Shown: positions 47,471 to 58,149, numbered from the stretch's first letter. The stretch: 64,000 nucleotides of DNA from an uncultured Planctomycetaceae bacterium (GCA_963976765.1 CAXBME010000010.1:62001-126000), one strand, 5' to 3'. Made by a program: numbers and translations. Notes: generated by a model not told the origin, from the sequence alone.

Positions 47471-48946
47471 TCAGCGAATTCTGACCGGAGGCTTCTGGCC
47501 TTTGGGAATCAGCGATATGTATTTTCGGGCCGCCATACGCTGCTTCCAGTCCGCTTTCGCGGCCAGCACAAGCTCTGGCTTTTCGAGCAGGTCCAGCGCG
47601 CTGATGGCAAGAACTCGCGCTGCGTAGTCGATCCCTTTTTCGCCCATCGTCGATCCGATGCACGCGACATTCTGCCAGCTGTGACCGGGGCTTTCCGCAG
47701 CCATGCACGTTGTCCTGATACCGCCGGTCGGGACGTACCACGAAATGTCTCCAACGTCGGTCGAACCTTTGCTGGGCGTATTCGACTCTTTCAGAGTTTT
47801 GATTTCGTCGTCGATGGCCAGTGGAAATGTCTGCTTGAATTCTTCGACCAGTGGCTGCTGAATTCGTCTGGCGAAGGCACGTTCTTCGTCGGTGAATTTC
47901 GGCGCCCCAATCTGCTTCAGGTTTTCGTACAGAAGCTCGGACAACGGCGTATTCTGAATCAGCTCGTGGCAGTCGGTGTCGATCTGAACGCTGAGTTTGG
48001 TGCGGGTCATTTTCCGGGCACCTTCCGCAATCTCGCGCACCCATTGAAAGTAATACTCGACGTCTTCGTGCCTGTCTGCGCGGACAAAGTACCAGACCGT
48101 CGCGGTTGGAGGCACGACGTTCGGCGCGCCGCCGCCATTCGTGATGACGTAGTGAAGTCGAGCATCTTCCTTCGTGTGTTCGCGCATAAAGTTGACGCCA
48201 ACGTTCATCAGCTCGACGGCGTCCAGCGCGCTGCGACCGTTCTCAGGACTTCCGGCAGCGTGCGCCGAAACACCGTCGAATGTGAACTTCGCAGAGATCA
48301 ACGCTTTGGAGCTACCTGCCCAGACGTTGGTTTTCGTCGACGGGTGCCAGTGCAGACAGACGTCAAGATCGTCGAACTGCCCATCCAGCAACATGTAGAC
48401 CTTGCCGATCACCGTTTCTTCGGCGGGAGTTCCGTAAAGGCGAATCGTGCCCTTAAGCTGGTGCTTTTCCATCGACGCTTTGACGGCAAGCGCCGCACCG
48501 AGCGCTCCAGTCCCCAGTCCGCTGTGTCCGCAGGCATGTCCCGCTGAACCTTCCTGGAAGGGCGATCGTTCCGGTTCGACTTTCTGAGACATGCCGGGCA
48601 GAGCGTCATACTCGGCAAGAATTCCGATGATCGGTTTGCCGGAACCGTAGCTTGCGACGAAGGCCGTCGGCATGTCCGACACGCCTCGCTTTACGTCGAA
48701 ACCATTTTCCGTCAGTTTTGAAACGAGGAGACTGGCGGACTGATGTTCTTCCAGACCGACTTCGGCGAACTTCCAGATCGCCTGATTAACTGCGTTCAAT
48801 TCGTCGCGGCGAGAGTCGACGTCGGCAACCGCCGTCTGCTGAGTTGAACGAAGGTTGTCCGCGCCGCGGGCGTTCGACCCCGAAAAACAGAGTAGAACTG
48901 TCGTCACCAGAACAAGAAGCGATCTCACGGCAAACTCCTTCTTCAT
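47471..48946 (-). CDS. M20 amidohydrolase (AbgB-like), secreted
   Basis: EYDALPG, GHACGH, GTPAEE, SAHAAGSPENGRSALDA, GSTDVGD. Confidence 0.9.
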   Translation of the reverse strand: MKKEFAVRSLLVLVTTVLLCFSGSNARGADNLRSTQQTAVADVDSRRDELNAVNQAIWKFAEVGLEEHQSASLLVSKLTENGFDVKRGVSDMPTAFVASYGSGKPIIGILAEYDALPGMSQKVEPERSPFQEGSAGHACGHSGLGTGALGAALAVKASMEKHQLKGTIRLYGTPAEETVIGKVYMLLDGQFDDLDVCLHWHPSTKTNVWAGSSKALISAKFTFDGVSAHAAGSPENGRSALDAVELMNVGVNFMREHTKEDARLHYVITNGGGAPNVVPPTATVWYFVRADRHEDVEYYFQWVREIAEGARKMTRTKLSVQIDTDCHELIQNTPLSELLYENLKQIGAPKFTDEERAFARRIQQPLVEEFKQTFPLAIDDEIKTLKESNTPSKGSTDVGDISWYVPTGGIRTTCMAAESPGHSWQNVACIGSTMGEKGIDYAARVLAISALDLLEKPELVLAAKADWKQRMAARKYISLIPKGQKPPVRIR

Positions 48947-49049
48947 GCGAGCCTTCAGGGGAAGAAACACGCGGAACACCAATTGCCGCTAATCTTCACC
49001 TATTTGTTGATTAGTGATCATTAGCGGAGCTCGGTGTTCCAATTTCTGA

Positions 49050-49958
49050 TCAATAGGACCAGGTTGCCAGTGGCAGCACATTCCAAAGAAGCACCGCCAC
49101 CGGCCCGGCGTAAAGGACGCTGTCGAGCAGGTCGAGCAGCCCACCGAAACCGGGCATCAGCACTGCCGAGTCTTTCCTGCCAACGTCGCGCTTGATCAAC
49201 GATTCGGCAAGATCCCCGACCAGCCCCACAACGCCGATAGTCGCACCGTAAACCAGCGACCAGAAAGTGTCGCACGGGACTCCCTTGTCGAAGAAATATC
49301 CTGGAGCAAAATGAAGCCACGCCGTTACAGCAAGGCTCGATCCAAGAATTGCACCGACTCCACCCATCTGTGTTTTGCCGGGGCTTAAGGTCGGGACAAG
49401 TTTCTTTTTGCCGAACAGTCGTCCGAGTGTGTACCCGCCAATGTCTCCGCACTTGGCTCCAATGACCAGCGAGGCGAGCACGAGGTAACCCGCCTGCACG
49501 CCAGCCACCCAGCGAAGCTGCGCTGTCACGCTGAGCAGGACTCCCAGATACGCGATGCCCAGGATGTCTGCGCCAAGCGTTTCCATCGTCGTGCCGGGCT
49601 CGCGATACCTAATGGCACCGCGAAGAAACGCAGCAAGGATCGACAGCGCAAACACGACGAAAGAGAGATCGGAACCGGCAAGCCTGTCGAGCAATGAACT
49701 CCCCAGCCCAGAGAGCGCCAGATGAGGCAACCACGTCGCGGCAACGATCAGCGTCGAGCAACTACCGATCAGCACGAATGACGGACTGAAGGATCGCGTC
49801 TTCAGCAGGTCGCTGAACTCGTACGCCGCTCGCCAGACAAGCAATATCGACAGGCCAAACAGGTACGGGGCGGATTCACCGGCGCGATGATCAAGAACAA
49901 AGATCGCGATCAGCATCGGGATCAGGATCACCGAAATCAGAATTCGCCAGCCGAGCAT
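49050..49958 (-). CDS. cdsA: Phosphatidate cytidylyltransferase
   Basis: SPGKT..G, GDLAESLIKR..G.KDS..MPGFGGLLD.LDS. Confidence 0.95.
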   Translation of the reverse strand: MLGWRILISVILIPMLIAIFVLDHRAGESAPYLFGLSILLVWRAAYEFSDLLKTRSFSPSFVLIGSCSTLIVAATWLPHLALSGLGSSLLDRLAGSDLSFVVFALSILAAFLRGAIRYREPGTTMETLGADILGIAYLGVLLSVTAQLRWVAGVQAGYLVLASLVIGAKCGDIGGYTLGRLFGKKKLVPTLSPGKTQMGGVGAILGSSLAVTAWLHFAPGYFFDKGVPCDTFWSLVYGATIGVVGLVGDLAESLIKRDVGRKDSAVLMPGFGGLLDLLDSVLYAGPVAVLLWNVLPLATWSY

Positions 49959-49964
49959 GATCCA

Positions 49965-50693
49965 TCAGCCTTTCAGTCCGCCATAGCGACGGTCTCGTGC
50001 CGCGAATGCCTGAAACGCTTCGACCAGATCAGGTCGGCGAAACTCCGGCCAGAACTTTTCAGTGACCCAGATTTCCGCGTAGCTGATCTGCCAGAGCAGG
50101 TAGTTGCTGATTCGTAACTCGCCCGCCGTTCGAATGAGCAGGTCCGGATCCGGCATTCCCGCCGTATAGAGGTTTTCAGAGACGGTGTTTTCGTCAATTT
50201 CGTCGAGCCTCAATTCCCCGGCCTGAACCTTCCGAGCGATTTCTGTGGCCGCGTCGGCAATCTCGCTGCGGGCGCCATAGTTGAGCGCCAGACAGAGTCG
50301 CATGCCGGTATTTTCACGGCTCATGCGGACGGTCTTATCGATTTCATGGAGCACTCCATCGCTCAAACCTTCTCGTCGGCCAATCGTCGCAAACCGAAGC
50401 CCTTCACGCATGATCGTCGAGCGTTCTTCGACCAGAAACTGCTCCAGCAGATTCATCAGACGACGGAGTTCGGACTCGGGGCGTTTCCAGTTCTCGCTGC
50501 TTAAGCAGTAGAGCGTGAGCTGCTCCAGCCCCAGATCGGCCCCGGCCTCGACCATTTCACGAACGCTCTTGACGCCTCGACGGTGGCCTTCGATTCGTGG
50601 CAGTCCGCGCCGCTGCGCCCAGCGCCCATTGCCGTCCATAATGATGGCGACATGGCGCGGAATAGTGTCAGGTAGTTGCTCGGGCTGACTCAT
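49965..50693 (-). CDS. uppS: Undecaprenyl diphosphate synthase
   Basis: HVAIIMDGNGRWA, SSENWKRP, DLLIRTAGELRISNYLLWQ. Confidence 0.97.
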   Translation of the reverse strand: MSQPEQLPDTIPRHVAIIMDGNGRWAQRRGLPRIEGHRRGVKSVREMVEAGADLGLEQLTLYCLSSENWKRPESELRRLMNLLEQFLVEERSTIMREGLRFATIGRREGLSDGVLHEIDKTVRMSRENTGMRLCLALNYGARSEIADAATEIARKVQAGELRLDEIDENTVSENLYTAGMPDPDLLIRTAGELRISNYLLWQISYAEIWVTEKFWPEFRRPDLVEAFQAFAARDRRYGGLKG

Positions 50694-50848
50694 TAAGAAC
50701 CGTCGACAACAAACGTAAAACGGACGCACATCAAGGAAGCAGGATGACTGCAATGCTCGTCGTGCAGAACGCGAGTGTCAACGGTGCTGCCGTCGATATC
50801 GCTTGCGTCGTGCCGTTACTGCGCCGCTGCCGGAACGGGCTCATTCAG

Positions 50849-51031
50849 TCAGTTGGACTGAAGTTCGGCGTACTGGGGTTCCAGGTGGATCACTTCCTCG
50901 CGATAGGATGGTTCTTCGTTGGGCGATTCGATCGCCAGTCGAACAAAGTCATCTTTGAATTCGAGCACCGTGACGACAATTTCGTTACCGATGACGATAG
51001 ATTCATTTTCGCGACGGGAAATGATTTGCAT
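50849..51031 (-). CDS. CsrA-family carbon storage regulator paralog
   Basis: MQIISRRENESIVIGNEIVVTVL...VRLAIESP...YREE. Confidence 0.8.
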   Translation of the reverse strand: MQIISRRENESIVIGNEIVVTVLEFKDDFVRLAIESPNEEPSYREEVIHLEPQYAELQSN

Positions 51032-51569
51032 CGCTGCGCCTTGTGTTGAGAGAAGAGCCCACGCAGATAAAGCGGTCGAATGAACCAGTAGAGCGACAGT
51101 GAAATGAGCGACCATCGAGACCGAAAATTCATCCCAGCGATCGGGTCGACGCGCCTTCGTGGATCATGAATTGGCTGCTGATTGTAAACCTCGTCGTTAC
51201 AACGGCAACTTGAAAAAAAACTTCTTTTTGAAGTCGCTTCGCTGCCGTCAACTTTGTTGACATCCGCGCGTTGGAAGTTCCCAGTGAATCCGAAAGCAGT
51301 TTGAAAAGCACCAGGAATAACTCTCGATACTTTCGCGCAGCATCACCTCTGCATCGGATCAGAACATTGGTCGAATATCCATTCTTGAATTTGCAACACG
51401 GTTATTCAGAAACCGGCCAGGCATGCGGAACAGTCCGCGTATTGCCTCAATCGGTTGCGGATCGCCGCGAGGCTCGCCATTCTTGAATCTACGTGGCCAC
51501 ACCGGATGGCACACCGAATAATCGCTCGTCCTGCCTCAAACATCACCTGCCGCCCCAGCGAGACTTTTC

Positions 51570-54500
51570 ATGATGCTACGACCCTGGATGATCCTTCGAT
51601 TCTCGACTCTGCTGGCTCTGCAAATCTCGCTGTTCGCAACGGTCGATTGCCGAGCCGCCGAACCAGAACTGCAACTCGCCAAAGGCGATAACGTTGCCTA
51701 CATCGGCAATACTCTGGCCGATCGAATGCAGCATCACGGGTGGCTCGAAACTTACATTCAGGCCCTGTTTCCAGAACACAATCTTACTTTTCGAAACCTC
51801 GGTTACTCGGCCGATGAAGTGAAACGCCGGGACCGAGCCGACAACTTCGGAAACCCGGATCAGTGGCTGACGAAGGTCCAGGCCGACACGGTGTTCTGTT
51901 TCTTCGGGCGAAACGAAGCATTGAACGGCGACGCCGGTCTCGAAGGTTTCAAGAAGAACCTGGCTGAGATGATCGATGGGATGCGAGGGCAGAAATACAA
52001 CGGCAAGTCCGCTCCCAGAATCGTCGTCTTCTCGCCGATCGCTCATGAAAACCTGAAGAGTCCGCATCTTCCCGACGGGTCGGTTCAGAACGTAAACCTC
52101 GAAAAATACACCGCAGCCATGCAGGCGGTCTGTGCGGACAAGGGCGTCCAGTTTGTCGACATTTTCACTCCGACAAAAAGCCTTTACGCGAACGCCAAAG
52201 AGCCGCTCACCATGAACGGCATCCACCTGCTGGATCATGGGAACAAGGCTCTGGCCGAAGTCATCGTCAGCAGATTATTTGACAAGAGTGCTCCTGCCGA
52301 CGTCGTCAAACTACGTGAAGCAGTCCTCGATAAAAATCTGCACTGGTTCAATCGTTACCGGGTCGTTGATGAGTACAACGTTTTCGGTGGCCGTTCGAGG
52401 CTGAACTGGGATGGATTTTCTAATGCCGACGTCATGGGTCGCGAAATGGAGATTTTCGACGTCAAGACTGCCAACCGCGACAAGCGAATCTGGGCGATCG
52501 CCAATGGCGGTGACCTGGAAGTCAAAGACGATAACCTGCCACCCGAGGTGATTGTTCCGGCTAACAAACAAAGTCAGTTTCAGAAGGCTCTGGGCGAATA
52601 CCTGGACGGCGAAGAAGCAATCTCGAAGATGACCATTCATAAAGGAATGAAGGTCAACCTGTTTGCCACCGAAAAGGATTTTCCGCGACTCGTCAACCCG
52701 GTGCAGATGGCCGTCGACACGGACAGTCGAGTCTGGGTTTCAGTCTGGCCGTCTTACCCGCACTGGAATCCGGTCGAGCCTCGCCGTGACGCGCTGCTGA
52801 TCTTTCCGGATGAAGATCAGGATGGCAAAGCTGACGAGTGCATCGTATTTGCAGACGAGCTGAACTCCGTGACCGGTTTCGAATTCTGGGGCGGCGGCGT
52901 TCTTGTTGCCGCGCCGCCTGAAATCTGGTTTCTCAAAGACACCGACGGAGACGACAAAGCGGATGTCAAACTCCGAGTCCTGCAGGGAGTGTCCAGTGCC
53001 GACACGCATCACTCAGCCAACGCCGTGAACATCGGTCCGGACGGCTGGATGTACTGGTCGAGGGGGATCTTTAACGTCGCCAACTTTGAGACACCGACGA
53101 AGACGTTCCGCTCGGGAGCGTCCGGTGTTCACCGCTTCAACCCTCGAACGTTCGAGTTTGAATTTCACTTCCCGATCGGACCAAACCCGCACGGCGACGT
53201 CTTTGACCAGTGGGGTTACCAGTTTGCCAGCGACGGAACGAGCGGCACGGGCTCGTACGTCAACATCGGTAAAGGAATCGGCAATAAGAAGTGGTACGAA
53301 AAGAGAGTTCGACCGGTGCCGGCAACGGGCCTGCTGTCGAGTCCTCACTTTCCGCCGGAACTCGAAGGCAACTTTCTCATCTGCAACGCGATCGGAGTGC
53401 TCGGAGTTCTGCAGCACGAAGTCAAGTACAACGGTGCCGACATCACGGCAGAAGAAATTGAGCCGATCCTGATTTCGAGTGATCCGAACTTCCGCCCGAG
53501 CGACGTCGAAATCGGCGGCGACGGAGCATTGTACGTTGCCGACTGGCACAACGCTCTGATCGGCCACATGCAGCACAACATGCGGGATCCCAACCGCGAC
53601 CACGAACATGGTCGAATTTATCGTGTAACTTACGAAGGTCGCGATCTGGTTAAGCCGGCAAAGATGAAGGGCAAACCAATCGCCGAAGTCTGTCAGAACT
53701 TCTTCGCCGCGACCGACAGCACGCGATATCGAGCCCGGCTGGAACTTTCCGGTCGAGGCCGCGACGAAATCGCTCGCGAAGTTGGAGCATTTGCTGATTC
53801 GCTCAACCCGAAGAAAGTATCCGCCGACCGCGACGAAGCTCAGGCTCTACTCGAATGCCTATGGGTTTTCGAGGAGCAAAGAATTCAAAACGTCGATCTT
53901 GCTGCGAAGGCCTTTCAGGCTGACGAGCCTCGCGTTCGCGCCGCGGCGATCAGAACACTCGGCCATTTTGGAGAAGTGAATCCGGCAGTCAGCGGCTGGC
54001 AGGAGATCCTTGCAGCCGCGTCACGAGACGAGTCGGCACTCGTTCGGGCTGAAGCCCTCAAAGCGGCTGTCGCATTTACCGGAGCTGACGCTGCCGAAGT
54101 TATCTTCGAAGTGGCAACGCGACCGACAGATCCGGAACTCGACACCGTCCTGAAATACGCCAAGGGCAAAATCAACGCCGACGCTCTGGTGCAGGATGCG
54201 ATCGGGTCAGGCAAGCCACTCTCCAAAGCCGCCATGGCATATTCACTGCTCAACGCCAGCGTTTCAGACCTGCTCAAACTCGAACGATCTGAAGCGGTGT
54301 ATGAGGCAATTCTCAGCCGGCAGAGTGTTCCCGCCTCAGCGTTGAATGATTCTTTGAACGGACTGGCCGGACTGCGGAAAGTAAAACCTCTGTCGCTCCT
54401 GCTGAATCTGATCGAGAGCCGGGACGCGGTTGGTCAGGTGTCAGGAATCGATGGTCTGCTCCAACTGCTGGTCGAGCAACCGTCAGCAGACCTGAAGAAA

Positions 54501-56522
54501 TCCAGGGACCGCATCGAGAACCTCGCCCTGAAAGGCAAAGAAGTCGAGACGCGTCAGCTTGGTTATGCCGCTCTGATCCAAACCGACGGAGCTGGCAACG
54601 GAGCGTTGTTTACCGCTTCGAAGAGTAAAGAAAGTCTGCGAGACCTGCTGGCAGCGGTGCCGTCCATCGCTGACGAGAAACTGCGAGGCAGTCTCTATCC
54701 CGACGTTCGATCGCTGATGTTCGAACTTCCGCCGAACCTGGCAGCAGAGCAGGGCGGTGCCGGACTCATGCAGGCCGGAATTAAGGTCGACTACTTCTAC
54801 CCAAGCGCTTCCAACGTTGCCATTGAAACGCTGGCCAAGATGACGCCACAGGTAACCGAGATCCGTCCCCAGGTTGACTTCTACGTTCCGAAAGGAAAAT
54901 CAGCCGACAAGTTTGCGTTGCGGTTCACGGGTTCAATCGCGATCCCGAAGACCGGCAACTACAAATTCTTCATCACCTCGGATGATGGCTCACGACTTTA
55001 TCTCGACGGAAAGCTGGTCATTAACCACGACGGGCTGCACGGGATGTCTGAGAAGAATGCGTCTGTCAACCTGACAGCAGGCTCGCACGACCTCGTCGTC
55101 ACGTATTTCGACAATGGTGGCGGAGATGGTTTAAAGCTTGCCTGGTCAGGTCCGGGTCTGAAGAAGAAGCAGGCGATTGCCGCCGACCGATTTTCAGTCA
55201 GTGGCGGAACCGAGAATCTGCACGACGTCGCCATTCGCTCGCTGGCTTCAATTCCCGGCCACGAGTCGGAAAAATTTGCAGACCTGTCAAAGCTCATCCG
55301 AACCGGTCGCAACCGAACATCGGCCATCGACGGTCTGCGAGCGATCCCGGAAGAGCACTGGCCCGACAAAGGGCTCGGCGGGCTGATCGATAATCTGGTC
55401 GGCTACCTGAGTGCAATGCCCGCTCGACTAAGAACCGGTGGAGCCGCCCTGGATGCCATCGCTCTGACCCGATCGCTCTCGAAGAAGTTGCCTGCCGATG
55501 CGGCGAGGTCAGTCGAAGAGCGACTGCAGAATCTGGACGTTCGAGTCATCGCCATCGGCACAGTGATCGAACGAATGATTTACGACAAAGAAAAAATCGT
55601 CGTTCAGGCGGGTAAACCGGTCGAGTTCCGGTTTACCAACTCGGACAACATGGAGCACAACTTTGTCATTGTGCAGCCAGGTGCTCTGGCAGAAGTCGGC
55701 GAAGCGGCAGAGCGAACCGGTCGTGATCCAGACGCCAAAGCTCGTCACTACGTCCCGGTCTCCGACAAGATCCTGCTGAGCAGCCAGAGCCTCGACAAAG
55801 GCAAGAGTCAGGCCATTGCGTTTGAAGCTCCAACGACGCCGGGAGTTTACCCGTATGTCTGCACCTATCCCGGGCACTGGCGACGAATGTTCGGCGCGCT
55901 GTACGTCGTCGCGGACCTGGAGCAGTACCAGGCCGATCCGGAACAGTATCTCGCCGCCAATCCTCTGCCGTTCAAAGACGAACTGCTGAAATACACCACC
56001 CGAAATACGGAGTGGAAGTTTGAAGACCTCAACGGAGCCGTCGTAGAGATGATGCACGGTCGCTCGTTCGAAACCGCGAAGAATCTGTTCAAGGTGGCCA
56101 ACTGCGTCGCCTGTCACAAGATGAATGGCGAAGGTTTTGAAGTCGGACCGGACCTCACGAAGATCGATCCGAAGAAACACTCGAAAGAACACATCCTGCA
56201 ATCGCTGATCGAACCTTCGAAGGAGATCGCTGAGAAGTATCAGTCGAATACGTTCATTCTGGATTCGGGGAAGGTCGTCACCGGTATGGTTGTCGAAGAA
56301 ACCGCAACTCAGGTACGCGTGCTGATCGACCCATTGGCCAAAGCCGCACCGCTCGTGATTGACAAAGACTCCATCGACGAACGAGTGAAGTCTCCGCTAT
56401 CGATCATGCCGAAGGGGCTTTTGAACAAGCTGACAGAAGAAGAAATCCTGGACCTGGTCGCCTACATCTTTGCGAAAGGTGACCAGAAACACATGCTGTT
56501 CCACATGCACCACAACCATTGA
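51570..56522 (+). CDS. PVC-type heme-binding multidomain protein (SGNH-like, beta-propeller, HEAT, PA14, cupredoxin, cytochrome c)
   Basis: Signal peptide; FRNLG; DGALYVADW; SDDGSRLY (PA14); MEHNF...CTYPGHWRRM; CVACH...GPDLT...SIMP. Confidence 0.88.
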   Translation: MMLRPWMILRFSTLLALQISLFATVDCRAAEPELQLAKGDNVAYIGNTLADRMQHHGWLETYIQALFPEHNLTFRNLGYSADEVKRRDRADNFGNPDQWLTKVQADTVFCFFGRNEALNGDAGLEGFKKNLAEMIDGMRGQKYNGKSAPRIVVFSPIAHENLKSPHLPDGSVQNVNLEKYTAAMQAVCADKGVQFVDIFTPTKSLYANAKEPLTMNGIHLLDHGNKALAEVIVSRLFDKSAPADVVKLREAVLDKNLHWFNRYRVVDEYNVFGGRSRLNWDGFSNADVMGREMEIFDVKTANRDKRIWAIANGGDLEVKDDNLPPEVIVPANKQSQFQKALGEYLDGEEAISKMTIHKGMKVNLFATEKDFPRLVNPVQMAVDTDSRVWVSVWPSYPHWNPVEPRRDALLIFPDEDQDGKADECIVFADELNSVTGFEFWGGGVLVAAPPEIWFLKDTDGDDKADVKLRVLQGVSSADTHHSANAVNIGPDGWMYWSRGIFNVANFETPTKTFRSGASGVHRFNPRTFEFEFHFPIGPNPHGDVFDQWGYQFASDGTSGTGSYVNIGKGIGNKKWYEKRVRPVPATGLLSSPHFPPELEGNFLICNAIGVLGVLQHEVKYNGADITAEEIEPILISSDPNFRPSDVEIGGDGALYVADWHNALIGHMQHNMRDPNRDHEHGRIYRVTYEGRDLVKPAKMKGKPIAEVCQNFFAATDSTRYRARLELSGRGRDEIAREVGAFADSLNPKKVSADRDEAQALLECLWVFEEQRIQNVDLAAKAFQADEPRVRAAAIRTLGHFGEVNPAVSGWQEILAAASRDESALVRAEALKAAVAFTGADAAEVIFEVATRPTDPELDTVLKYAKGKINADALVQDAIGSGKPLSKAAMAYSLLNASVSDLLKLERSEAVYEAILSRQSVPASALNDSLNGLAGLRKVKPLSLLLNLIESRDAVGQVSGIDGLLQLLVEQPSADLKKSRDRIENLALKGKEVETRQLGYAALIQTDGAGNGALFTASKSKESLRDLLAAVPSIADEKLRGSLYPDVRSLMFELPPNLAAEQGGAGLMQAGIKVDYFYPSASNVAIETLAKMTPQVTEIRPQVDFYVPKGKSADKFALRFTGSIAIPKTGNYKFFITSDDGSRLYLDGKLVINHDGLHGMSEKNASVNLTAGSHDLVVTYFDNGGGDGLKLAWSGPGLKKKQAIAADRFSVSGGTENLHDVAIRSLASIPGHESEKFADLSKLIRTGRNRTSAIDGLRAIPEEHWPDKGLGGLIDNLVGYLSAMPARLRTGGAALDAIALTRSLSKKLPADAARSVEERLQNLDVRVIAIGTVIERMIYDKEKIVVQAGKPVEFRFTNSDNMEHNFVIVQPGALAEVGEAAERTGRDPDAKARHYVPVSDKILLSSQSLDKGKSQAIAFEAPTTPGVYPYVCTYPGHWRRMFGALYVVADLEQYQADPEQYLAANPLPFKDELLKYTTRNTEWKFEDLNGAVVEMMHGRSFETAKNLFKVANCVACHKMNGEGFEVGPDLTKIDPKKHSKEHILQSLIEPSKEIAEKYQSNTFILDSGKVVTGMVVEETATQVRVLIDPLAKAAPLVIDKDSIDERVKSPLSIMPKGLLNKLTEEEILDLVAYIFAKGDQKHMLFHMHHNH

Positions 56523-56536
56523 TTGGTTGTTTTTGA

Positions 56537-56603
56537 CGTAGGGTGCGTCTTGACGCACCTTGTTTTGATCTGCGAATCATGGTGCGTCGAAACGCACCCT
56601 ACG
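56537..56603. repeat. GTAG-family REP pair in inverted orientation (REPIN-like)
   Basis: CGTAGGGTGCGTCTTGACGCACC ... GGTGCGTCGAAACGCACCCTACG. Confidence 0.85.
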
Positions 56604-56613
56604 GAGTTTCACC

Positions 56614-57654
56614 ATGAGAAAACTGTTCGGCATTTGTGTGATGGCTCTCGGCTTGGCGGCGGCAATCGGCAACACCGTCGTTGCTGAAAGCCTCGTCTTC
56701 GAAGGCAAAGACGGACCCGGCAAGGGCAAGAAGGTCGTCCTGATCAGCGGCGATGAGGAATACCGATCCGAAGAAGCATTGCCGATGCTGGGCAAGATTC
56801 TCAGTCAGCGACACGGTTTTACCTGTACCGTGCTGTTTCCAATTGATCCGGAAAAGGGGTACATCGATCCCAACAACCAGCAGAACATTCCCGGACTGGA
56901 TGCACTTGATGATGCCGACCTGATGATCGTCGCGACGCGTTTCCGAACGCCCTCCGAAGAAGCAATGAAACCTTTCGACCGATATCTGGAAGCGGGCAAG
57001 CCGGTCATTGGACTTCGCACGGCGACTCACGGCTTTCAGGGCAAATGGAGTTTCTTTGGTCTACAGATTCTTGGAGAAAAATGGGTCGCTCATCACGGCG
57101 GTCACAAACGAGAAGGCTGTCGTGGGGTGATCGAAGAAGCGAACGCCGGGCATCCCGTTCTCAACAGCGTCAAAGATGTGTTCGCACCGTCCGACGTTTA
57201 CACCGTCAGGAACCTCGACGAGAAGAAAGCGACTGTGCTGCTTCGCGGAGCCGTAACGGCGACACTCGATCCAGCGTCAGAAGCCATTGACGGACCGAAG
57301 AACAACCCACTGCAGGCACTGGCCTGGCTTCGCGAGTACACCGCCCCCAACGGCGTCAAAGGCTACGCCTTCTGTACAACAATGGGTGCAGCGGTCGACC
57401 TGGTAAGTGCTGATGCACGGCGACTGGTCGTCAACGCAGCGTACCATCTGACCGGGTTGGAAGTTCCCAAAGCGGCGAACGTTGACTTTGTCGATCCGTT
57501 CTACCCGAGCTTCTACGGCTTTGTTAAAGACAAACAGTTCTGGATCGATCGAAATCTCAAACCGCAGGATTTTGCACTGGGCAAGTCGCCTGTCGCCAAA
57601 GATCCCAATGGCAGCCCTGACTGGCCGTTCCGGAAAATGGGCCCGGCTGAGTAG
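56614..57654 (+). CDS. Secreted ThuA-like domain protein
   Basis: SGDEEYRSEE, GKPVIGLRTATH, HPVL, TTMG. Confidence 0.8.
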   Translation: MRKLFGICVMALGLAAAIGNTVVAESLVFEGKDGPGKGKKVVLISGDEEYRSEEALPMLGKILSQRHGFTCTVLFPIDPEKGYIDPNNQQNIPGLDALDDADLMIVATRFRTPSEEAMKPFDRYLEAGKPVIGLRTATHGFQGKWSFFGLQILGEKWVAHHGGHKREGCRGVIEEANAGHPVLNSVKDVFAPSDVYTVRNLDEKKATVLLRGAVTATLDPASEAIDGPKNNPLQALAWLREYTAPNGVKGYAFCTTMGAAVDLVSADARRLVVNAAYHLTGLEVPKAANVDFVDPFYPSFYGFVKDKQFWIDRNLKPQDFALGKSPVAKDPNGSPDWPFRKMGPAE

Positions 57655-57755
57655 AGCGGGTCATCAAAGACAATGACTTACGACTGATCGAATTTAAAAC
57701 TCAAGCAATTGAAGCCGGCGCGGTTCTTCCGGGCCGGCTTCGCTGCTGGATGGTG

Positions 57756-58136
57756 ATGAGCAACCTCGAACCGGACAACAAACCTCGCCCTTCGGTCCAT
57801 GAACTCGGCAAAGTGACCGTGTTCTACGTGCCGTCGCATAAGCTCGATCACCCAAAACACGCTCGAGAATCGCTGACCGCGCGGCAGAACATCCACGAAT
57901 TCCTGATGAGCCGGTACAACGCTTACACGCAGACACCGACTCCCGTGCGAGGCTACTGGGCCGCTCCCGACGGAGAAGTCTTTCACGACGTCATGGAGCG
58001 ATTCGAAGTTTCATTCGGCAGCGAATCGGAATTTGATCGCCTGATCGAATTCCTCGCCGAACTCTGCGACCGCCTCGACGAACAAGCGATCTACGTCACT
58101 CGCGGCGAGCGAAGTTTCTTGGTCCAAAGACCGTAA
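57756..58136 (+). CDS. Hypothetical protein
   Basis: Compact ORF filling the gap between the ThuA-like gene and polA; alternating alpha/beta pattern. Confidence 0.65.
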   Translation: MSNLEPDNKPRPSVHELGKVTVFYVPSHKLDHPKHARESLTARQNIHEFLMSRYNAYTQTPTPVRGYWAAPDGEVFHDVMERFEVSFGSESEFDRLIEFLAELCDRLDEQAIYVTRGERSFLVQRP

Positions 58137-58149
58137 CGGCAAAACGGAC

